DNA of 55,298 nucleotides, filler included, from Basidiobolus ranarum (Eukaryota): NCBI GenBank assembly GCA_040143965.1. It is 2 parts of 2 records of this genome, joined end to end, with 100 filler letters (N's around TTAATTAATTAA, not from the genome) between each part and the next. Parts side by side here need not be neighbours in the genome. Positions count along the whole stretch, not along the records: positions 1 to 27,653 come from JASJQH010000120.1; positions 27,754 to 55,298 come from JASJQH010000121.1. One strand, 5' to 3'. Shown piece by piece: positions 26,043 to 36,031 of this stretch (position 1 is its first letter; each line of letters starts with the position of its first letter). The notes under the pieces were generated by a model. It saw only the letters and a program-made list of their open reading frames with translations, ran no database searches and was not told where the DNA came from. The position numbers and the translations under genes were made by a program.

Positions 26043-26612
26043 GTTAATTAGACGTAATATCTCGCATTACCTCTGTCTATCTCCATTGCGTAACTGTCGG
26101 TCGTTGACTTTGTAAATTCTCATTTTATGCGAGACATTTTTTGCAATACTTCCATCTAAATAAACTATATGTTTGGCTAAATGTAATAAGAGATTGAAAT
26201 TGTATGTAACAGTCATCTATTATCCGCTAGATACAAATTCGAAGGATTGAAATTCAGTGAAATGATAAATTACTTTATAATATATATATATATAAGTAGA
26301 CCAAGTGTATCCTCATTATGATTCATATGTAGGTTGCGTCACCCACAGATTATTTCAATCATATTACTCTTTGAATTGAATTTTATCGAAGATTAAGGTT
26401 AAAAATCCAAGAATCATAAGAGGGTTTTAAACTATCTCCATCATTATTAACAATATATTAAGACTATATTCAAGCATTATTTAAAATAATTTTGGTAAAT
26501 TTTGAAAGTTATACCATCATCATAGATATTTTAAATGACCTATCTACTGAATTAGTCAGTTTTTTTTTACAAAAAACAAGTTTGGATTTTCATTATTATA
26601 ATATAAACACAT

Positions 26613-27540
26613 ATATAGTCATATATAGCTTAGTATTAATTATCCTGAATTGCAGTAAGTTATTACCTATCATTATCAATTGGAATCTACTTAGAATATT
26701 TTTAGCAACTTAGAAGTTCTCAGATATATAGGTTGTTTAAACTTATGCTAAAAGCCCAAAATTTTGCCCACATATTCCTGGGACCTTCCTTAATTTATTC
26801 AACATACAGTTTATCTATGTCTTGAAAAAACTATAAGTGTCAACTTTCAACTCAATAAATCTGTTAAAGTATTCGGGAGCCCGTTGGAGGTGGTTTGGAG
26901 AATTAGAGAAGTTGGTGGTCTTCACTTATTAATTTATTGAGTTGTAAGTGCATATTTATACTTTTGGCAAGATATAAGCCAACTAACATGTAAAATGTGT
27001 TAAAGTATTTTGGAGCTTGTTGGAAGTGGTTGGGAGAATTAGAGAAATTGGTGATTTTCACTTACTGATTTATTGAGTAGAAAGTAGATATTTATAGTTT
27101 AGTCAGGACATAAACAAGCTAATATGTAGAATCTGTTGAGAAAGGTCCCAGATACATGTGTGCAAAGTTTGGGGCTTCTAGTACAAGTTTGAAATATCCA
27201 TATATTTGAGAATTTCCAAATTGGTAAGAATATTCCAAGCAAATTCCAATTGAGAATAATGGGTAATATCTTAGTAACATATAAGATAGCCAAATACTAA
27301 GCTATATATGACTATATTGGTGCTTAGGCAATGCTAATTTCAACACCATGAGCATATGTGCAAAGTTTGAGACTTCTAGCACAAGTTTGAAAAACTTAGA
27401 ATATTTATACCAACTAGAAGTTCTCATATATATAAGTAAATTCCAGTTGATAATAATAGGCAACAACTTAGTGCAATATGGGATAACTAATACTACACTG
27501 TATATGACTATATAGGTGTTTAGGCAACATTAACTTCAAC
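26613..27540. repeat. Nested inverted and direct repeat (foldback-like non-coding element) at a contig end
   Basis: Arms 26613-26861 and 27067-27317 are inverted (outer 25 bp perfect; inner 19-mer 18/19). There is an internal 136-bp-period direct repeat (starts 26862 and 26998) and a second direct copy of part of the right arm at about 27353-27540. Confidence 0.85.
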
Positions 27541-27653
27541 CCTCTCCCTCAACTAAATAGTCATATCAATTAGTCCTTGGGAATCTTAAATTATCTCAAA
27601 CTTCTGCCTGGCAATGGTTTGATTAATATATCAGCAACCACTTCCTCTGTCAA

Positions 27654-27753
27654 NNNNNNNNNNNNNNNNNNNNNNNNNNNNNNNNNNNNNNNNNNNNTTA
27701 ATTAATTAANNNNNNNNNNNNNNNNNNNNNNNNNNNNNNNNNNNNNNNNNNNN
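27654..27753. other. Artificial assembly gap: 44 N + TTAATTAATTAA + 44 N
   Basis: Exactly 100 nt. The central 12-mer (27698-27709) is palindromic and puts TAA stops in all six frames, as in a contig-joining linker. Confidence 0.95.
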
Positions 27754-28125
27754 GAGTTTAAAACTTCAAGTCTGTGCCCTACTTGCCAGAACGGTGAACT
27801 GGAAAAGTTTCAGAAAGTCCAAAATCCTAGACCATACAAAAGAGAAAAGTATCCTATTGTATATCGTCATGGCCTTTTAAGGTAAACGCTTTTTATATGC
27901 AAGTAAAAAATTCAAACCTAATTCTTGTTCAGAGGCAAAAAATAACAGTGTTGAAAGGTCGTGACCAATACTATTGAGGCAACTACTGAAGATTCTCCCC
28001 TTTGTCTTTGGAATCGTGACCTGGCTGCTACTTTGAACTCTAGGCATATCCTTTTTAACTTGCGCTCTAATGGGGAAAGCCCAGAACGTTTTTGCAGATT
28101 AAAGGGTCCTCTCCACCGGGTATAA
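27754..28125 (+). pseudogene. Fanzor1 (eukaryotic TnpB/Cas12-like RNA-guided nuclease) C-terminal fragment, intron-containing, with nonsense mutations; 5' part lost in the gap
   Basis: Manual translation: exon 27754-27881 EFKTSSLCPTCQNGELEKFQKVQNPRPYKREKYPIVYRHGLLR; intron 27882-27932 (GTAAAC...CCTAAT...TTCAG); exon 27933-28125 GKK*QC*KVVTNTIEATTEDSPLCLWNRDLAATLNSRHILFNLRSNGESPERFCRLKGPLHRV*. This gives RuvC-II E-x-x-TS, the CxxC zinc finger, HGLLR and RuvC-III WNRD-x-A-A-x-x-N. Confidence 0.88.
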
Positions 28126-28330
28126 AAGAAAGGGTATCTCGTCAGCTAGCAGCAGTCAATGAAAAAAGCAAATAATCTTGTGTAGTTATCGCTACACTAA
28201 ACATTTGATACAGAGTAGGTTTCTTTTGCCATGTGTCTGAGCTTATCTCCAATTGTTTGCGATGATCTCATGGATTTTATGAAATGTCTAATTGACTATT
28301 TAATTCATCTCATTTTAGATTAAAACACTG
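28126..28330 (+). ncRNA. Candidate Fanzor omegaRNA / transposon right-end region (boundaries unknown)
   Basis: Lies directly 3' of the Fanzor ORF and contains a hairpin GTGTAG-ttatcg-CTACAC at 28180-28197. Otherwise positional inference only. Confidence 0.25.
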
Positions 28331-28479
28331 TACTTTATGAATACAGCTTTTATTCCAACGAAGCTTCGACCAATCCAGTTGATCCACCACCTACATTCAT
28401 TGAATTCTTGTTGATTATAAATGATCTCAAGTTATGCCGCTTTTAGTATTATAACTGTAACAATTATTTGGTTTTTTGG

Positions 28480-29603
28480 ATGAAGCAGGATGAAGACATT
28501 CAACTTAGAGATGGTAGGTCAGAGGTGAGTTACATGGAACGACGTGGGAGAAACAAAATGACTTGTGGTGCTCGATTGTATGTCGCGACCCTCTTTTGCT
28601 TTGTTGCTATCACTGGAGCTTTCCTACTTTTCTCTGCTTACGATTTCTTCTTCCAAGCTGTAAGAAGAACCAAAAATATTTCTTATGTTCTTGTTGTTGG
28701 TGGTAGTTATTTGCTATTAGTAAGTTTCCTCGTACCCGATGTTTTTGTTTTAACTATTCATTCACTAATTAGCTGTCACTATAGGGACTTGTTGCTAGTA
28801 TATTTGGATTTAGCAGATTGTTGAGTATTCGTGCGGCAATAAATGATATGCCAAAGCTCTATGTGCCGATTAAGAAAGAAGATTTGCCTAAAGTATTTAT
28901 TTGTGATGTTTCATGCCCCTATGTGCTTGTTGGCTTACCTTTTATATATAGAAAGTGTACCATTTCGTTACTTCAGAGTTTGAAAGAATTCGCAAAATAC
29001 AGCAACAGCTAGAACCACTTCCTAACAAATGTAAACAACCAGGCTGGGGTCAAATAGGTATGTAAGTTATGTCTTTCAATTGATTTGATCATAATCACTC
29101 ATGTGTCATGGATGGATCATACTTGAATAGGCACGGTTTATGAAGATATTCACTTCAAGACCTCCGTTGTTCGAACTCTAGGCTTTATCGGTTAGTTGAA
29201 ACGAATTAAATGGGAATTACTGTTTTCTATTAGATTGACTGTTCTTCACTTTAGATCAAGCAGTTTTTCGAATTAGCCCCAGTCTTGCTCGCCCTGAAAA
29301 CATCACTGTTAGCCAGTACATGGAGTTCCTGAGCCACCACGGATACGTTGACAAGCGTATCACGGAAGCTTATGCAGACGGCTACGAAAGGGCTAGGTTC
29401 GGAGAGGATGAATGGTCCGAAGAGGAATACACTGATTTCATGAAATTGGTATCTCTACTTCTATCAACGTGAGTAATCCCAGATCTACTGGCTTATATAT
29501 ACAATCTAACATTTATACCTTTTCCTATAGGTTAGGGTATCAATCTGACCTTGAGTCTGATCAACAATCTATCAATACCATGCAAACACGAATGAGCCTT
29601 TGA
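28480..29603 (+). CDS. DLT1: DLT1-like (defect at low temperature 1) membrane protein, multi-exon; start uncertain
   Basis: Two TM helices, then SRLLSIRAAINDMPKLYVPIKKEDLPK, PGWG, and YERARFG..WSEEEYTDFMKL, the DLT1-family pattern. Five GT-AG introns. Confidence 0.8.
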
Positions 29604-30481
29604 GGGACCATTTATTTTATCTATTACAAGAACCATACGCATGGATCGTGCTCTATTCGTAACTGGGGATTAGACTCACGAGAGCTGTTATTCCAAAGTA
29701 TATCTTTACTACTAGCTACTGTAAATTAAATGTTAATGACTAGCAATACCTACCCAAACCCTAATAAAGTTCCCTGCTACTGCCCTCCATGAGGCATCGA
29801 CCATATCATATGCTGGTGTCTTATTCTTTGCAACATGTGACTATCCATACGCGAAGTAACCGTTGATGCATACCACCTATCATGGTAAATAAATGCCAAG
29901 TAGGCAACAGCATTTATCGCATCACCCTACTGGTAGCCATATGCTTTACTAGGCTTGTAACAGCGGTGTCAAGTTCCAGTTGTAGATTCATGGTTGCTAA
30001 TGAACATTTATTGGAGATAAGGATAATGAAGCACTGTATGTGCCAAGAAAACATCGCAAGTATTCCCTCGACAGTTTCGTTACTCACATAGACATATCAA
30101 ATAAGCGCCTGCAGAGTATGGCAAGGATGCTACAGCTGAAATGCTTGCTGATCGCTGGATTAAAACAAGTTCAGAGCAGAGCGTTTTATGACAGGTATAT
30201 AGTCTACAGCTTGGATACTCATCGTGAAACAGTTTAAGCCAAGGAGCCTGAGCCATATTGAATATGTATTATATGTGAGGTATATACAAAGTGAGGTTTC
30301 TTATAAGCTCGACAGATTTAAACTCGCAGACAAAGAAGAAAATTGCGGAAAACATCAAGTTGGAATCGTAAAATAGAGAAAATCAAAAAGTATGCCAGGG
30401 TCGAAGGTGTACAAAGAATACCAAAATTCTAAATGTAAAAACCAATTCTTTTCAACACTAAATCAACATGCCCCAGAAAAC

Positions 30482-33400
30482 TCAAATATCTTGCTCATCT
30501 TCTAACCAAATCATCTTTTGAACTTTTACAACCTCATGCTGTAAGGCTTGAGGATATTTTCTTTTAGTAGTGGTCATGCAAGAGCTTCGGACCGGGCCTG
30601 AAACTGTTTTGGAAGGGCTAAATTTCTTAGATGCGATGGATACTAACAACGGATCCCAGTTTACACGTTTACGCCCTAATTCGTTTGATACTTCATCCTT
30701 ACTGCGTCGTGAACTGCATTCGTTCCTCACTTCGGTGTTTTCCTTTTGCTCCATTCTATCCATGAGCTTTTTGGTCGGACTAGGTGGTCTAGGAACACCC
30801 ATGCGTATGGGAACTAACTGAAGGGTAGCTAAATGGTACCCGGAGTTGTATTGCGTAAGGTTTTTGGTAACGGCACGAACATATGAAGCATTTACTTGAC
30901 TTAACGGGCGATCAAAAGAGAAAGGTGGTTTACGCTTCAACGGATTTTCGTCGGATGCTTCAATGGTGACAACTTCCCAAATCGGATCAATAGTTTCAGT
31001 TTCAGGTTCAGGTGATGGGGCTGTGGTTCGACTACGACGGCTCCTCCCAGTGTTTTTGGGAGTGATCACTTTTTTCGGTTCAGCTTGTACTCGCTCTGTT
31101 TGCTTTTTTGTCCGAGTGCTGGAACGAAGGCGAGTAGAAGAACGAAGAGAGCGCGTAGTACTTGGGGTCTCTAGCTGCTCTTGTGCAACACATTCACTAG
31201 AATCAACACTCGCATTATCTTCCAAGCTTTCTTTCTTCGGCTCTACTGATAAAGTTCTGGGAACATCCAGAATTTCTTCAAGACTTGCGTTTATCTTGGT
31301 ACGTTCATTTTCGAGCTGCGATTTTGTACCCGACCTCAAGATTCGCCGAGGGCCAGATTTAATGACAATTTTCTTATCTATTGATTTCCGTCTACCAGAA
31401 GACATTCGTCTCTGATTCAGTGTATCCTGTAAGTTCATCATACTATTTCTCCTTCGTGGGATAGAGAGTCTTCTGTTTTCGAGTGCATCACCCGAGTTTG
31501 ATGAAGCTATATCTTTATCTGGACTGGTAGTCGTTGGGTGCAACTCCTCCCCATTCATTGCGGCTGGAAGGTCTAAGGCCGATGACTGCGATGGGGGAAT
31601 CTCTTTCAGACTTCCAGAAACAGAGGGATTTATCTTAGTGAAGTCGATGTCATCATAAGCTTCGATTTGGCTTGGTTGTGAGTGGCTTTCCGGAATAACA
31701 TCGTTATCCTCGGATATTTGATTATTGCTGTGGTTATCAATGCATGACTCGCTTGGAGGAACACTTGGCGATTCAGGGATAATAACTTCCGATTGTTGTA
31801 TACAATTATCTTTAATATCATACCCTGATTCTGAAAGAAGCGTAGCATCCTCGCACTTGTCCTCCTTTAATTCACCGTTTTGTGAGCTTAGCTCTTGCGC
31901 AGACTCTTGAATCTCCAATGCCACAGAAACATCAGCAATCTCAATCAAGGGTCTAGTCATGCCTTTAGGAACTTCACTTATTTCGCTAGCACTTTCAGTG
32001 GAATGTTCATATAGAGGAGATACTTCAGAGAAGTCGCTAGATGGATTAGTGGTATCCTCCCCTACTTCATTTACATCCTCTTCTGGCATAACACTGGTAG
32101 ATACTTTGATCAATTTTTGTGTTTGTCTTAACGTCGAGTTCTTGGTGGATAGTGTGAACTGAGCACTTGGCTTAGAACTAGAGCTAGGCTTGAGAAGTTT
32201 TGAACCAATCGAAGAGCCAATGTTTGATTTTTTAGCACCCAGAGAATTAGAAAGTGTAGAAGACCCTTGAGAACGGAGTGAAGATAGAACTGAAGTTGTG
32301 CCTTTACTATCACCCTTACTAATGGATACAGGCTTGCGAGGAATGATGTTGGGAGTGGCACTTTGAAACTTGGAAGATATCGCAGGCCTTGCTTCAGGCT
32401 TACGAAGAGAAACAAGTTTCTTTGAGCCGGTAGTGTTGTGAGATGTTGCCTTGTCTTCATCGCCAGATGGCTCAGATGTGTGAGCGAAAGATTTTGATGA
32501 ATCTACACTTGAAGTGGAGGACTTTGCAGTTTCTTTACCTTCAGATTTCTTAGGCAAAGGTGGTTTCTGTACTGATTGGATAGGATCAGTATTTTCCTCA
32601 TTAGGCTTGGAAACAGTACCTGTGTCTCCTTTTCTGATCTTAAGAGGCCTATGCGTGGTACGGGTTTCTTCAAGTGGGTCGGTATCTTCGTCAGGCATAA
32701 CTATTTTAGTTTTTGGGATTGCTTTGAATGCCAAGAGCTGACTAGAGATAGCCGAACCTTTTGACGATCTCGATCCAACTGAGGGCTTAAAACTTTTCAT
32801 ACTTTGGAGAACCTCAGGTTGGAGACTGGGCTTTTTATCAATAAGCATTTCTCGACTAATCCCGTTTTTTCTATCTTGCTGGCCATCCAAACCTAGTAAC
32901 ATATTTCTCTTACGCGGAGCAGTAAGGAGATTGCTTACACCACCACTCAACTTGGCAGCTTTCAACTTTGAGCTCAAGCGTGAAGCAACAACTATCGGCA
33001 CGGATCTTGAGGATCTTGTAGGTCTAGTGGTGAGATTTGTAGAGGTTTTAGTATTTTGGTTCCCCTCAACCAAATTGTGCGGTGAAGATACGGATTTGGC
33101 CAAATCACCACCCTTGCTACCTTGAATTGCGACTTTTGTCGAACCATTACTGAATTCAAAATCTTCAGTTCCTGGATATTCACATTCTGGATCTGACAAG
33201 TCAGAGATATCACTTTCAACATGATGTGATTTTGTTGATAGACTACTGGCAGTATGAGTAGAGAAATCTGGCTGCGCAATACTGACGGAGTGATTATCAG
33301 AATGCGATTTCATTGCAACCGTCTTGGAATTATTGGCGAGCATCTTTTGCTTCCGACAATGCAATATATTTCTCCACCATCTCTGAATCGTAGGAGTAAC

Positions 33401-33823
33401 TTTTTGTATACGTTGTAATCGAGCCATGGCAGATAATTCTTCATTGCCTATTTCATCTCCACCGAAGAAAACATCATCATCTGAGTTAATTTCAATCACC
33501 TCATTGTAGGTATTTTCCTCCCTATATAGATATATGTACATTTAAAGTTAAGAGAAATACTCAACTAACTAATAAATATGTGAATAAGAAACGTACCGAC
33601 TAGATGCTTTGCTTGCTTCCGTGGCAAGTGATGGTGCCTCCATTCCACGGCTGTTATTGATGTATAGTTAGTAAAACAGAATAGTCTCGCGTATTCTTAA
33701 GAAATAGCTTTACACGTACTCAGTATCACTCTCCTCACTATTACTACCACTATTATTGTTTGATTTCAAGGGATTTCTTCTGATTCTTCCAGCAACAGTG
33801 TGACGCCGATTATGACCAATCAT
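30482..33823 (-). CDS. Large Ser/Lys-rich, mostly disordered hypothetical protein with a conserved-looking C-terminal motif
   Basis: 1019-aa ORF plus two small 5' exons from ATG 33823 (MIGHNRRHTVAGRIRRNPLK). Contains IQRWWR..RK, TKNLTQYNSGY..L..IRMGVPRPPSPTKK and KRVNWD. Confidence 0.82.
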
Positions 33824-35009
33824 GTTGGTGAATTATTCGAAAGGTGGACTATTCTTAAAGGTAATATGGTGCGAATAGTGAACCAAAATAAATCTCAATT
33901 CTCTGTTTGAGATAAAGGAAGGAAATGTCACCCTCTAGGAACAAGCGCAATCAAAGAAATATTAGAATGTAGGAGGTAAGTAGTTACCGTAACTTTTCTA
34001 TTCTAATATGAGTAAATGGCGGTTATCACTAATTCATATTCATTTATTTTCTTATTGTTTACCGATTTTCGTGAGAAATTCATCCATTTTTATTGGTCAA
34101 CATTGACTGGTGTCGTTTGTTTACATTTCTTGAACTTTTCGAGATATGGTCAGCCTCCATTGACCATTGTGAAGATTCATTACTGTATTAGCCACCCAGC
34201 AAGCCCAAACTCGAGAAACTAATCAACATAAGTCAGTAAAGCCACAACCTTAGCAGTGAGCTAGTTGTAAAACCCCTGACCTTAGAGAGCAAACGACAAC
34301 TATGGATTTAATGACAAGCTTCAATCAATATGTTATTGATATCATGAAATAGTTACCCCGCACGTTTAAAATACTGCGTGAATAAACTTGAATATGGAGG
34401 GTAATGAAGCGCAGTTTCAAAGTTCAATAATTGGTTGGTCAAGTTGTTTATCAATTGCTAATCATTCAAGGTAACTTCGAATATCACAACAATGGTTCCT
34501 GTAGAAGCCAATTAAATTGAACCGAGTTGTTATGGATTTTGCTTTATAAGGAAGAGGAGTAATTGTCTTTCGAATTGTGGAGAGATGAGTACAATGAATA
34601 AATGTAGAAATGTGGTAGTGTAGCACCAAGGATCAGTCAAATATCCAACTGAGAAAGGCTGGAATAACTTATGCTATTGAAGACGGACAAAATTCCACTA
34701 GGGAGCAATATATGCGATGAGGGAGGGAGCATCATTTGACCAAAATTAAACAAACCTTCATATATCTCCATCAGTTGGAGAAATATTAAATAAATCTGAG
34801 TAATTGTTTGATTTGAAAAGCAAAATCCTTCTCTTCCTTGAGAAGAAACTGGAATATCCAAAGAAATAAAATTAAATTTGATGTTTAGGTAATGAAGAAT
34901 AATGTGTGCGCAGAATACTAGCTTAAATAAAAGGGTGGTATTGTGAGGATACAATCATGCACAAGTTAAATTCACGCGCATCAGAAACAACCCATTCAGT
35001 TCGGGTAAG

Positions 35010-36031
35010 TTAGGCCCATGGCTCAAGACAATGTTTAGGGAATACTCCCTTAACTTTTCCACGAGTTTCATTGATACCTTGAGCCCATCCATCGTCATAC
35101 TCAAGTAGAAGAGTTACCATATCACCTGGCAAAACCTCAATTTCATCCCCCAAAGTTGGGGTGTAAGTACTAACGACGAGGAAAGGTCCTTTGGCTGAGA
35201 CACTCTTCTCCATTGGCGCACGAGCAGCCAAAGGTAAGTCTGAATGAATACTCTCCAAGGCAGCACTCTCATTCAAACGAGCTTTAAGTTGACGAGATGT
35301 AGAGCGTTTACGAACCACAAACAAGCCCACTGCAAGAAGGCCAACACAACCAGCGGAAGCCAGACCAGCAATAAGTCCTTTAGGAACGCTCTCACCACTT
35401 GCATTTGCTTGTGTAGCGTGAGGATCAGCTGCGGTAGTTGCTTCACCTTTCCCTTGTTCTAGCTGTTTCGCAGGCTTCTTTCCGACCAACTCGAGATTTG
35501 GATCCTTAGATTGGTGGTCTAAAGAGTGTTAGAAACTGCATGGATATACATATTCACAGTAAGCCATAAGGGATATGAATAGACGTGATCCTTACCAGTG
35601 GGGTTTTTGTTACTTTGTAGTCCTTCGCATGTTACCGGCTTGTTCCCAACATCACAAAGGAATTTCTTACTCTTGGCGCCTTCTGTGTAACAACCGAGTA
35701 CTTTACCGGAAGGAGTATTAGAAAAAGGATTGCACTCGACAGCAATTCCTTTTGCGTTGATGCTCATTGCTTTGGGAATAGTGTCTACTTGGCAAAATCC
35801 TCGAGTCTGCTTAGCCTTACCGTATGGTTTAGCCAACTCACACCAAGGTTTCCCAATAGAGTCGACCTCAATACATCCAAGATATTCTCGTTCTTTGTAA
35901 GAAAAGGAAGGAGCGCAAAGCTTATAATCTACTTGTGGGAGATTATCTGAAATATTGTCGGTAGTAACATTTTGACTGGTTATCGATCCGGCCAAAAGCG
36001 TAGTAGCAAGAAGTACTAAATGAGATTTCAT
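35010..36031 (-). CDS. Type I membrane protein: signal peptide, two Cys4 FN2-like modules, TM helix, cytoplasmic SH3 domain
   Basis: MKSHLVLLATTLLAGS signal; C39-C53-WC64-GFC80 module; in-frame intron 35595-35519; TM GLIAGLASAGCVGLLAVGLFVV followed by RKR; SH3 YTPTLGDEIEVLPGD...YDDGWAQG...GVFPKHCL. Confidence 0.88.

Noticed and set aside
26862-27135. Repeats near the Fanzor considered as a CRISPR-like array
   Set aside because: Only two long degenerate copies, with no short constant repeats separated by unique spacers.
26492-27293. Two short ORFs on opposite strands sharing LPII.NWNLL.IFL
   Set aside because: The similarity comes from the DNA inverted repeat, not from protein-coding genes.
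27698-27709. TTAATTAATTAA as a piggyBac TTAA target or PacI-type biological site
   Set aside because: Centred in a symmetrical 100-nt N gap; it is an assembly linker.
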